Under the pieces are notes generated by a model. The model did not search any database. It saw nothing but the letters and a program-made list of their open reading frames with translations, and had not been told where the DNA came from. This document shows, piece by piece, positions 51,909 through 64,000 of a stretch of 64,000 bases of DNA (its first letter is position 1; each line of letters begins with the position of its first letter). This DNA is from Macrostomum lignano (lineage: Eukaryota), in contig NIVC01000433.1 of NCBI GenBank assembly GCA_002269645.1, forward strand, positions 65,641 to 129,640, written 5' to 3'. A program made the position numbers and the translations under genes.

Positions 51909-52404
51909 TTAGGCCGCTGTACACTCCTGTGTGAGTGTGTGCCTGCGTACGTATCCGCGCGCTTGTATTGCCTGCACAGTGGAGTCGGCGGAATGGGCAG
52001 TAATGCATCTCGCCGGTTGTGTGCTTATGTCGCTTAAAGTGCGCCAGGGTGCACACAACCCCCCTGCCTCTAATAAAAAAAGAATGATATACACATGATT
52101 TTTACACCGAGAGCCATGCCAATCTGGCTATCATTCTTGTCCTGCTGCTCCACGTTTGCCTTCAAGATCAGTGGATGATCAGACACATCCTTGAGTGTCT
52201 CGTTTTACTGCCTTAGTAACAACACTTTATAAGCGCGTTGCTATAAGGATTCTATAATTCTCTACAAACAGTAATGAACCATATTATGGACATCATACTT
52301 GTATTCCTCTGCCAACAGAAGTGATCATATCGAATTAAATATTTTGAATTGTTTCAAAAACGGATTTCATGCAGATCAGAGTATAAGTCCAATAGATCAA
52401 CAGT

Positions 52405-52431
52405 TAGACAGACAGACAGACAGACAGACAC

Positions 52432-52490
<59 letters not shown>
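52405..52490. repeat. (CAGA)n microsatellite
   Basis: Direct inspection. Confidence 0.95.
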
Positions 52491-53201
52491 TACGACTGTC
52501 TGTGTGTTTAGCGGGACCTGAGTTATGTTAATGCGTTACGTGGACCACGCAATTCCGGTTAAAAAATAGAGTCTGTTTTGACAACGCGAAAGGCTAGCTA
52601 GGGTTATCTTTTTGTTAACTTGACGGAATAGCCAGTTCGTGGAAACTGTGGTGGTTCACTAACTACGTTTTGGGGACCGGGTTAGGTGGACCGCAAAAAA
52701 ACAGTTGGTTTAGTTAGACCTCTTTCGTTGTAGAAAATTTATTGCTTTAAACTGTTCTTTTGAACTAATTAAAACAGAAATTCTCAAAAAGAACAGATAA
52801 AAGGGTTACGACGTCATTTAATGAAAATATCCCAAGTTCAAACCAATTTATTTAGCATTATTAATCGGGTTAATCGGGTTAAACAAATGTACGATCGCAT
52901 TAGTTAGTTGCGTCGCGTGAATACAAGAAGGTGAATGAAAATAAAGCATTTTAAAAATAAATACCGAATCATATCAAATACTAACTGTAAACTCATTAAA
53001 ACTAATTTAGGTCAAAATGTATGCTTCAAATACATGTTAACAAACGTAAGATTCCATTAGTTAATAAAGGTCATCCGAGTACGAGCCTACAAGAAGTTGA
53101 AGGGCATTTTTAATAACGACAAAAGTTACTAAAACTGAAATTAAATTTATTTGACTACATCAGTCCTATTATACTGAATGAGTTGGTGAGCAATCATATG
53201 C

Positions 53202-55582
53202 TACTTACTTACTTACTTACTACTGACGGGGGGCGCAGGCGCCGCGAATAGGCCGCGAGGCCCCTATCGCAACCCCAAGGTAAAAGAGCACAAGGATTAG
53301 CCTTGGGGGTGCGCCCAGTCCCCGCCAGTAGTCGGCAGGTCCGCAGTGGAGGCATCGGCGACCCTCATCCGGCCGGAGTCCCGGACGAAGGCGCGGAGGT
53401 CTCGGATATTGTCCGCGGTGGTCAGCTCGTCCATCCGCTGGGGGTGGCCGAGGTATTTGTGCCGCGCCTTGTTGAAGTAAGGGCAGAAGGTGACGTGATG
53501 CTCCGCGGTCTCCTCTCCTATGCCACAGAAGGGACAGGTGGGAGGGCAACCGGTTTGCAACGATATATGTCTCTGGAAGAATCCGTGGCCGGTTAGGACC
53601 ATGCACATCTCCCTGAGGTCGGTTCTGTTAAGCGAAATCAGATAATCAGAGACTTTCCTGTTCAGGTTAGGCATGGCAGAGCGGCTCTGCCTGTACTCGG
53701 TGCAGCTGTTCCAGTGGAGCTGGTGCTGCTGATGGAGCCACCTGTTGATATGGCGGGTGACTTGCGACCTGGGGGTGGGTAGCCTCATCAGACGGTGGTT
53801 GCCGTCTGGGTTGCTGCCCTCCTTGGCGAGAGAGTCCGCGAGCTCGTTGCCCAGGATGTTGCTGTGACCAGGTGTCCAGATAATTCTAATCCTGTTAAGG
53901 ACTGAGAGAGATTGCACACTGCGGTGGCATTGAGATACTGTAGCAGCGGAGATATTCTCAGTGGTTAAGGCCTTAATAGCAGCTTGGCTATCAGTGTAGA
54001 AATTAATGTCAAAATTATTAATGTTCGCCTGAAACAGTTGCTGGGCACACTGCTCAATGGCGCAAATTTCAGCTTGGAAAACTGAGGTGTTCTCACCGAG
54101 GTGCAGACTTTCCTGGAGAATCATCTTACCCTCGTGGAAAATGGCAATACCCGCTCCAGCGCGGCCGTTGAACAGCGAGCCGTCGGTGAAGCAGTGAATG
54201 CCCTGGCTGCGCCGGTTCACACCGACATCCAGCGGAATGTTGTCTCGGCCAGGGATGGCGGTCTTGAAGCCCCTCCTGATGTTGAGGGCGGGAGGTCGAC
54301 TATCCACATTGCCCAGGTCCATGTGGATGTTGTTAAGGTCGCGGCGGACAAAGTCCATATGCGGGATTAATGTTTTCATTGGCATAAAGCCAGAGGGCGC
54401 GTTATTTAACGTTTTATCTCTGATAAGCCGGGAGGCAGACTTCATAGCCTCCGCCCTAATAAATAGGTGAAGCGGAGGTAGGTTAAGGATAGTGTTCAGC
54501 CCCTCGTAAGGGGTGGACGGGTACGCACCTGTGATGGCACGGCAAATGCTGCCCTGAAGCTGGTACAGCCGCTGACGGGCGGCCTTCTGCTCCAGCACGC
54601 TAGTCCAGATGAGACTCGCGTATGTGATACTGGGCCGGATGATGCCGGTATAAATCCAACGGACCGTTCTAGGCGAGAGGCCCCAAGTCGGCCCGATGGC
54701 TCTGCGCAGCTGGGCAAAGCAGCGTTTTGCCCGACCGATGACGTTATCAAGGTGCTTCGTCCAGCGCAGGTCATGCGTTAGCGTCACACCGAGGTATTTG
54801 ACCTCCTTCTTGAAGGGGATGTTTCTGCCATAGACAGTGAGGTTTTTCATCTCCCACTTACGGCGCTTGGTGAAAACGACAGCGACAGTCTTAGTGACGC
54901 TGATTTTTAGGCCATGCTGTGTAGCCCAGTCGGCCGCCTTGTCGGCGAATTGCTGCATCAGGTTGCGCAGAGTGGCGGGGTCGGGTCCGCTGACGACCGC
55001 GGCAACGTCATCGGCGTAGCCCGCCCTGGTGATACTGCTGGGAATGTCAGCGGTTAGAAGTTCGTCCATGACGAGATTCCAGAGAAGTGGAGTTAGCACG
55101 CCACCTTGCGGGCCGCCTTTCATCACCGCCCGGGTGAGGGTAACGCCCATAAGTGTGGATGTCACAAACCTTTTGCGGATCATAAAATAAATCCAGCGAA
55201 TAATGCTGTGTCTTACATTCCTGCGGGAAAGAGAATTTCTGAAGGAGCGGAAGAGGACATTGTCAAATGCTCCTTCGAAGTCAACGAACAACCCGCAAGC
55301 GAGTTGTTTGCTAAGGATGGCACTCTCAATTTTGGAGGTAATGGCGTGGAGAGCATGCTCAGTCGTCCTCCCAGGCTGGAAGGCGTACTGGTACTTACTG
55401 ACAGGGTCGGAGCGCAGGTCGCACTCTCGAAGCCTCCACAGGATGAGCCTCTCCATCAGCTTAACACAAAAGGAAGTGAGGCTGATGGGCCGGAAGGATT
55501 TCACGTTGGTGTAGTCACCCTTAGCAGGTTTCGGGATGAACACGACTCTGGACATTCTCCAGATTGTGGGAATGTAACTAAG
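53202..55582 (-). mobile_element. 5'-truncated non-LTR retrotransposon with RT + RNase H + C-terminal CCHC (R1/LOA-like group), (GTAA)n 3' tail
   Basis: Uninterrupted 752-aa ORF (55555-53297): [39 protein letters not shown]; RNase [37 protein letters not shown]; [18 protein letters not shown]. Short 3' UTR and TACT repeats at 53202-53221. Confidence 0.95.
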
Positions 55583-58500
55583 CCAATCATTTTACCGACT
55601 TTCATCTTTTCGTTCACGCAGATGATGGCTTAATCTTCTTATTTTTTCTACGAAATATTCTCCTGGACCTTCCCTGCCTCCGTGGTCCGGGACCGCTTCT
55701 GTTATTGATCTGTCATTGCCTCTCTCACGAAGTTCAGCTTACTCAGCCATCGAATCCGCTTTCGTCAGCTCAGCTCTATGATGAACCTTTCTATATTTCT
55801 CGTCAATTAGTGGTTTGAATCTTCTTTTAAAGTTCGTTTTAACCTTCATCTCGGTGAAACGCAGTCAGTCTCGTCGAGATCAGGCGAACAAAATCAACCA
55901 CAGGCTCCTACAAGGGTAGAAAATAAAATTAACTGACAATCAAACAGACACAGAAATCTGTTCCAGTTGTGTCTGTAGGTTATGTGGACCACCTGAGAGC
56001 CAGAGCCTCAAACAGACAGAGAAATCTGTTCGAGTTGTGTCTGTAGGTTAGATGGACCAGCTATTCTACAGCACTTCTAGGCGATAATCTGAGCCAGGAA
56101 TCTCCAAGAGCCTCTCGTTACACATCCAGATGTTCTGCCTTGATGCTGGACTAGCTCACTTTCTAGGAATCTGTTCTGATTGCATTCTAACAAACTGAAG
56201 CATTCTCGGCACTAAACTTTCTCGGCGGCTCTGAGAGCCAGAGCCTCAAACAGACAGAGAAATCTGTTCGAGTTGTGTCTGTAGGTTAGGTGGACCAGCT
56301 ATTCTACAGCACTTCTAGGCGATAATCTGAGCCAGGAATCTCCGAGAGCCTTTCGTTACACATCCAGATGTTCTGCCTTGATGCTGGACTAGCTCACTTT
56401 CTAGGAATCTGTTCTGATTACATTCTAACAAACTGAAGCATTCTCGGCACTAAACTTTCTCAGCGGCTCTGAGATCCAGAGCCTCAAACAGACAGAAATC
56501 TGTTCGAGTTGTGTCTGTAGGTTAGGTGGACCAGCTACTCCACAGCACTTCTAGGCGATAATCTGAGCCAGGAGTCTTCGAGAGACTTTCGTTACACATC
56601 CAGATGTTCTGCCTTGATGCTGGACTAGCTCACTTTCTAGGAATCTGTTCTGATTGCATTCTAACAAACTGAAGCATTTTCTGCACTAAACTTTCTCGGC
56701 GGCTCTAAGAGCCAGAGCCTAAACAGACAGAGAAATCTGTTCGAGTTGTGTCTGTAGGTTAGGTGGACCACCTTCTGAGAAACAAAGCCTCAAACAGACT
56801 GAGAGAGCTGCTTCAGTTCTGTCTGTAGGTTATGTGGACCATTTAAGAGCCAGAGCCTCAAACAGACAGAGAAATCTGTTCGAGTTGTGTCTGTAGGTTA
56901 GGTGGACCAGCTATTCTACAGCACTTCTAGACGATAATCCGAGCCAGGAATCTCCGAGAGCCTCTCGTTACACATCCAGATGTTCTGCCTTGATGCTGGA
57001 CTAGCTCACTTTCCAGGAATCTGTTCTGATTGCATTCTAACAAACTGAAGCATTTTCTGCACTAAACTTTCTCGGTGGCTCTAAGAGCCAGAGCCTAAAC
57101 AGACAGAGAAATCTGCTTGAGGAGTTGTGTCTGTAGGTTAGGTGGACCACCTTCTGAGAGACAAAGCCTCAAACAGACTGAGAGAGCTGCTTCAGTTCTG
57201 TTTGTAGGTTATGTGGACCATTTAAGAGCCAGAGCCTCAAACAGACAGAGAAATCTGTTCGAGTTGTGTCTGTATGTTAGGTGGACCAGCTATTCTACAG
57301 CACTTCTAGGCGATAATCTGAGCCAGGAATCTCCGAGAGCCTCTCGTTACACATCCAGATGTTCTGCCTTGATGCTGGACTAGCTCACTTTCTAGGAATC
57401 TGTTCTGATTGCATTCTAACAAACTGAAGCATTCTCGGCACTAAACTTTCTCAGCGGCTCTGAGAGCCAGAGCCTCAAACAGACAGAGAAATCTGTTCGA
57501 GTTGTGTCTGTAGGTTAGGTGGACCAGCTACTCCACAGCACTTCTAGGCGATAATCTGAGCCAGGAATCTCCGAGAGCCTCTCGTTACACATCCAGATGT
57601 TCTGCCTTGATGCTGGACTAGCTCACTTTCTAGGAATCTGTTCTGATTGCATTCTAACAAACTGAAGCATTCTCGGCACTAAACTTTCTCAGCGGCTCTG
57701 AGAGCCAGAGCCTCAAACAGACAGAAATCTGTTCGAGTTGTGTCTGTAGGTTAGATGGACCAGCTATTCTACAGCACTTCTAGGCGATAATCTGAGCCAG
57801 GAATCTCCAAGAGCCTCTCGTTACACATCCAGATGTTCTGCCTTGATGCTGGACTAGCTCACTTTCTAGGAATCTGTTCTGATTGCATTCTAACAAACTG
57901 AAGCATTCTCGGCACTAAACTTTCTCGGCGGCTCTGAGAGCCAGAGCCTCAAACAGACAGAGAAATCTGTTCGAGTTGTGTCTGTAGGTTAGGTGGACCA
58001 GCTATTCTACAGCACTTCTAGGCGATAATCTGAGCCAGGAATCTCCGAGAGCCTTTCGTTACACATCCAGATGTTCTGCCTTGATTCTGGACTAGCTCAC
58101 TTTCTAGGAATCTGTTCTGATTACATTCTAACAAACTGAAGCATTCTCGGCACTAAACTTTCTCAGCGGCTCTGAGATCCAGAGCCTCAAACAGACAGAA
58201 ATCTGTTCGAGTTGTGTCTGTAGGTTAGATGGACCAGCTACTCCACAGCACTTCTAGGCGATAATCTGAGCCAGGAGTCTTCGAGAGACTTTCGTTACAC
58301 ATCCAGATGTTCTGCCTTGATGCTGGACTAGCTCACTTTCTAGGAATCTGTTCTGATTGCATTCTAACAAACTGAAGCATTTTCTGCACTAAACTTTCTC
58401 GGCGGCTCTAAGAGCCAGAGCCTAAACAGACAGAGAAATCTGCTCGAGTTGTGTCTGTAGGTTAGGTGGACCACCTTCTGAGAGACAAAGCCTCAAACAG

Positions 58501-59095
58501 ACTGAGAGAGCTGCTTCAGTTCTGTCTGTAGGTTATGTGGACCATTTAAGAGCCAGAGCCTCAAACAGACAGAGAAATCTGTTCGAGTTGTGTCTTTAGG
58601 TTAGGTGGACCAGCTATTCTACAGCACTTCTAGGCGATAATCCGAGCCAGGAATCTCCGAGAGCCTCTCGTTACACATCCAGATGTTCTGCCTTGATGCT
58701 GGACTAGCTCACTTTCTAGGAATATGTTCTGATTGCATTCTAACAAACTGAAGCATTTTCTGCACTAAACTTTCTCGGTGGCTCTAAGAGCCAGAGCCTA
58801 AACAGACAGAGAAATCTGCTCGAGTTGTGTCTGTAGGTTAGGTGGACCACCTTCTGAGAGACAAAGCCTCAAACAGACTGAGAGAGCTGCTTCAGTTCTG
58901 TTTGTAGGTTATGTGGACCATTTAAGAGCCAGAGCCTCAAACAGACAGAGAAATCTGTTCGAGTTGTGTCTGTATGTTAGGTGGACCAGCTATTCTACAG
59001 CACTTCTAGGCGATAATCTGAGCCAGGAATCTCCGAGAGCCTCTCGTTACACATCCAGATGTTCTGCCTTGATGCTGGACTAGCTCACTTTCTAG

Positions 59096-59392
59096 CATAC
59101 ATGCGCAACAGTCGGCCGAGTCGGCCGATCCGGCCGACCGATTTGGCGGCCAACCAAGGTAAGTCGCAAAAATGCCCACCCGAAAGAATCATACGTAGTA
59201 CTAATTAGATGACGAGGCATTTAGCCCTTATAAGACAGTTATAGTTACTCCTGCTGTTTACCCAAAATTGCGTTAATTTTGCTTAAGGGTTTCTTTTACA
59301 GGTAAGTCGCATTTTTGGCCAAAAACTACGTCGCATTTTTTGTTAAAACTAAGTCGCACGGCCGACCGAATTTTGGAGGTTGCGCATGTATG
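59096..59392. mobile_element. 297-bp hAT-type MITE inserted in the satellite
   Basis: Perfect 14-bp TIRs CATACATGCGCAAC / GTTGCGCATGTATG; perfect 8-bp TSD CTTTCTAG (59088-59095, 59393-59400); the host monomer is lengthened by exactly 305 bp. Confidence 0.97.
59200..59263 (-). other. 64-bp captured fragment of eukaryotic 28S rRNA (helix 69-71 region) inside the MITE
   Basis: Minus strand GGGTAAACAGCAGGAGTAACTATAACTGTCTTATAAGGGCTAAATGCCTCGTCATCTAATTAGT versus conserved 28S (from memory) GGGTAAACGGCGGGAGTAACTATGACTCTCTTAAGGTAGCCAAATGCCTCGTCATCTAATTAGT: 54/64 ungapped. Not a functional rRNA gene. Confidence 0.88.
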
Positions 59393-62300
59393 CTTTCTAG
59401 GAATCTGTTCTGATTGCATTCTAACAAACTGAAGCATTCTCGGCACTAAACTTTCTCAGCGGCTCTGAGAGCCAGAGCCTTAAACAGACAGAAATCTGTT
59501 CGAGTTGTGTCTGTAGGTTAGATGGACCAGCTATTCTACAGCACTTCTAGGCGATAATCTGAGCCAGGAATCTCCAAGAGCCTCTCGTTACACATCCAGA
59601 TGTTCTGCCTTGATGCTGGACTAGCTCACTTTCTAGGAATCTGTTCTGATTGCATTCTAACAAACTGAAGCATTCTCGGACTAAACTTTCTCGGCGGCTC
59701 TGAGAGCCAGAGCCTCAAACAGACAGAGAAATCTGTTCGAGTTGTGTCTGTAGGTTAGGTGGACCAGCTATTCTACAGCACTTCTAGGCGATAATCTGAG
59801 CAGGAATCTCGAGAGCCTCTCGTTACACATCCAGATGTTCTGCCTTGATGCTGGACTAGCTCACTTTCTAGGAATCTGTTCTGATTACATTCTAACAAAC
59901 TGAAGCATTCTCGCACTAAACTTTCTCAGCGGCTCTGAGATCCAGAGCCTCAAACAGACAGAAATCTGTTCGAGTTGTGTCTGTAGGTTAGGTGGACCAG
60001 CTACTCCACAGCACTTCTAGGCGATAATCCGAGCCAGGAATCTCCGAGAGCCTCTCGTTACACATCCAGATGTTCTGCCTTGATGCTGGACTAGCTCACT
60101 TTCTAGGAATCTGTTCTGATTGCATTCTAACAAACTGAAGCATTTTCTGCACTAAACTTTCTCGGTGGCTCTAAGAGCCAGAGCCTAAACAGACAGAGAA
60201 ATCTGCTCGAGTTGTGTCTGTAGGTTAGGTGGACCACCTTCTGAGAGACAAAGCCTCAAACAGACTGAGAGAGCTGCTTCAGTTCTGTTTGTAGGTTATG
60301 TGGACCATTTAAGAGCCAGAGCCTCAAACAGACAGAGAAATCTGTTCGAGTTGTGTCTGTAGGTTAGATGGACCAGCTATTCTACAGCACTTCTAGGCGA
60401 TAATCTGAGCCAGGAGTCTTCGAGAGCCTCTCGTTACACATCCAGATGTTCTGCCTTGATGCTGGACTAGCTCACTTTCTAGGAATCTGTTCTGATTGCA
60501 TTCTAACAAACTGAAGCATTCTCGGCACTAAACTTTCTCGGCGGCTCTAGAGCCAGAGCCTCAAACAGACAGAGAAATCTGTTCGAGTTGTGTCTGTAGG
60601 TTAGGTGACCAGCTATTCTACAGCACTTCTAGGCGATAATCTGAGCCAGGAATCTCCGAGAGCCTTTCGTTACACATCCAGATGTTCTGCCTTGATTCTG
60701 GACTAGCTCACTTTCTAGGAATCTGTTCTGATTACATTCTAACAAACTGAAGCATTCTCGGCACTAAACTTTCTCAGCGGCTCTGAGATCCAGAGCCTCA
60801 AACAGACAGAAATCTGTTCGAGTTGTGTCTGTAGGTTAGGTGGACCAGCTACTCCACAGCACTTCTAGGCGATAATCTGAGCCAGGAGTCTTCGAGAGAC
60901 TTTCGTTACACATCCAGATGTTCTGCCTTGATGCTGGACTAGCTCACTTTCTAGAATCTGTTCTGATTGCATTCTAACAAACTGAAGCATTTTCTGCACT
61001 AAACTTTCTCGGCGGCTCTAAGAGCCAGAGCCTAAACAGACAGAGAAATCTGTTCGAGTTGTGTCTGTAGGTTAGGTGGGACACCTTCTGAGAAACAAAG
61101 CCTCAAACAGACTGAGAGAGCTGCTTCAGTTCTGTCTGTAGGTTATGTGGACCATTTAAGAGCCAGAGCCTCAAACAGACAGAGAAATCTGTTCGAGTTG
61201 TGTCTGTAGGTTAGGTGGACCAGCTATTCTACAGCACTTCTAGACGATAATCCGAGCCAGGAATCTCCGAGAGCCTCTCGTTACACATCCAGATGTTCTG
61301 CCTTGATGCTGGACTAGCTCACTTTCTAGGAATCTGTTCTGATTGCATTCTAACAAACTGAAGCATTCTCGGCACTAAATTTTCTCGGCGGCTCTGAGAG
61401 CCAGAGCCTCAAACAGACAGAGAAATCTGTTCGAGTTGTGTCTGTAGGTTAGGTGGACAGCAGCTATTCTACAGCACTTCTAGGCGATAATCTGAGCCAG
61501 GAATCTCCGAGAGCCTCTCGTTACACATCCCAGATGTTCTGCCTTGATGCTGGACTAGCTTACTTTCTAGGAATCTGTTCTGATTACATTCTAACAAACT
61601 GAAGCATTCTCGCACTAAAACTTTCTCGGCGGCTCTGAGAGCCAGAGCCTCAAACAGACAGAAATCTGTTCGAGTTGTTCTGTAGGTTAGGTGGACCCAG
61701 CTACTCCACAGCACTTCTAGGCGATAATCTGAGCCAGGAGTCTTCGAGAGACTTTCGTTACACATCCAGATGTTCTGCCTTGATGCTGGACTAGCTCACT
61801 TTCTAGAATCTGTTCTGATTGCATTCTAACAAACTGAAGCATTTTCTGCACTAAACTTTCTCGGCGGCTCTAAAGAGCCAGAGCCTAAACAGACAGAGAA
61901 ATACTGCTCGAGTTGTGTCTGTAGGTTAGGTGGACCACCTTCTGAGAGACAAAGCCTCAAACAGACTGAGAGGCTGCTTCAGTTCTGTCTGTAGGTTATG
62001 TGGACCATTTAAGAGCCAGAGCCTCAAACAGACAGAGAAATCTGTTCGAGTTGTGTCTGTAGGTTAGGTGGACCAGCTATTCTACAGCACTTCTAGGCGA
62101 TAATCTGAGCCAGGAATCTCGAGAGCCTCTCGTTACACATCCAGATGTTCTGCCTTGATGCTGGACTAGCTCACTTTCTAGGAATCTGTTCTGATTGCAT
62201 TCTAAACAAACTGAAGCATTCTCCGCACTAAACTTTCTCGGCGGCTCTGAGAGCCAGAGCCTAACAGACAGAGAAATCTGTTCGAGTTGTGTCTGTAGGT

Positions 62301-64000
62301 TAGGTGGACCAGCTACTCCACAGCACTTCTCTAGGCGATAATCTGAGCCAGGAATCTCCGAGAGCCTCATCGTTACACATCCAGATGTTCTGCCTTGATG
62401 CTGGACTAGCTCACTTTCTAGGAATCTGTTCTGATTGCATTCTAACAAACTGAAGCATTCTCGGCACTAAACTTTCTCGGCGGCCTGAGAGCCAGAGCCT
62501 TAAACAGACAGAAATCTGTTCGAGTTGTGTCTGTAGGTTAGATGACCAGTTATTCTACAGCACTTCTAGCGATAATCTGAGCCAGGAAATCTCCGAGAGC
62601 CTCTCGTTACACATCCAGATGTTCTGCCTTGATGCTGGACTAGCTCACTTTCTAGGAATCTGTTCTGATTGCATTCTAACAAACTGAAGCATTCTCGGCA
62701 CTAAACTTTCTCGGCGGCTCTGAGAGCCAGAGCCTCAAACAGACAGAGAAATCTGTTCGAGTTGTGTCTGTAGGTTAGGTGGACCAGCTATTCTACAGCA
62801 CTTCTAGGCGATAATCTGAGCCAGGAATCTCCGAGAGCCTCTCGTTACACATCCAGATGTTCTGCCTTGATGCTGGACTAGCTCACTTTCTAAGAATCTG
62901 TTCTGATTGGCATTCTAACAAACTGAAGCATTTTCTGCACTAAACTTTCTCGGCGGCTCTAAGAGCCAGAGCCTAAACAGACAGAGAAATCTGCTCGAGT
63001 GTGTCTGTAGGTTAGGTGGACCACCTTCTGAGAGACAAAGCCTCAAACAGACTGAGAGAGCTGGCTTCAGTTCTGTCTGTAGGTTATGTGGACCATTTAA
63101 GAGCCAGAGCTCAAACAGACAGAGAAATCTGTTTCGAGTTGTGTCTGTAGGTTAGGTGGACCAGCTATTCTACAGCACTTCTAGGCGATAATCCGAGCCA
63201 GGAATCTCTAAGAGCCTCTCGTTACACATCCAGATGTTCTGCCTTGATGCTGGACTAGCTCACTTTTCTAGAATCGTTTCTGATTGCATTCTAACAAACT
63301 GAAGCATTCTCGGCACTAACTTTCTCGGCGGCTCTAAGAGGCCAGAGCCTCAAACAGCAGAGAAATCTGTTCGAGTTGTGTCTGTAAGTTAGATGGACCA
63401 GCTATTCTACAGCACTTCTAGGCGATAATCTGAGCCAGGAATCTCCGAGAGCCTCTCGTTACACATCCAGTGTTCTGCCTTGATGCTGGCTAAGCTCACA
63501 TTCTAGGAATCTGTTCTGATTGCATTCTAACAAACTGAAGCTTCTCGGCAACAAAAAATTCTCGGCGGCTCTGAGAGCCAGAGCCTCAAACAGACAGAGA
63601 AATCTGTTCGAGTTGAGTCTGTAGGTTAGGTGGACCAGCTACTCCCACAGCACTTCTAGGCGATAATCTGAGCCAGGAATCTCCGAGAGCCTCTCGTTAC
63701 ACATCCAGATGTTCTGCTTGATGCTGGACTAGCTCACTTTCTAGAATCTGTTCTGATTGCATTCTAACAAACTGAAGCATTCTCGGCACTAAACTTTCTC
63801 GGCGCTGCTGAGAGCCAGAAGCCTCAAAACAGACAGAGAAATCTGTTCGAGTTGTGTCTGTAGGTTAGGTGGACCAGCTACTCCAACAGCAACTTTCTAG
63901 CGATAATCTGACGCCAGGAATCTTCAGAGACTTTCGTTACACATCCAGATGTTCTGCCTTGATGCTGGACTAGCTCACTTTCTAGGAATCTGTTCTGATT

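Larger units (their letters stand above)
55940..64000. repeat. Satellite DNA: 236-238-bp monomers interspersed with paired 70+68-bp short units, forming higher-order repeats; runs off the window end
   Basis: CAGAGCCT anchors at 56001, 56239, 56477 (long), 56713/56783 (short pair), 56851, 57089/57162, 57230, 57468, 57706, 57942, 58180, 58416/58486, 58554, 58792/58862, 58930 and onward. Confidence 0.98.

Noticed and set aside
55600-55850. Minus-strand protein-like stretch (MKVKTNFKRRFKPLIDEKY...)
   Set aside because: Internal stop, short, no recognisable homology.
61000-64000. Rising number of 1-2-bp indels in satellite monomers, and ORFs 61469-61765 and 62077-62448
   Set aside because: The indels look like low-coverage long-read consensus error rather than biology; the ORFs are chance open frames in the satellite.

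Overview
Eukaryotic, intron-containing, very repeat-rich animal DNA. The dense private minisatellites, (TCTG)n/(GATA)n tracts and RTE-type LINE resemble the flatworm Macrostomum lignano, but the species is an inference. Host genes: (1) a + strand multi-exon orphan gene (~11.4-16.6 kb); (2) a two-exon minus-strand orphan with one TM segment (30.9-31.6 kb); (3) a complete 9-exon minus-strand TMEM135 homolog (44002->33405) with two alternative versions of exon 3; (4) a partial TMEM135 paralog (exons 7-9, 48084->45634) sharing a ~417-bp apparent gene-conversion tract with the full copy. Mobile DNA: Gypsy and MULE remnants, a frameshifted RTE LINE, a young 5'-truncated RT+RNase H LINE, a 419-bp Tc1/mariner deletion derivative keeping its HTH ORF, several MITEs and two tRNA-derived SINEs. 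The last 8 kb is a 238-bp satellite with higher-order structure. It is interrupted by a 297-bp MITE (14-bp TIRs, 8-bp TSD) carrying a 64-bp fragment of 28S rRNA from the R2/Pokey/I-PpoI target site, which is the most unusual observation. Most long ORFs in the supplied track are artefacts of tandem repeats. All alignments were done by eye.
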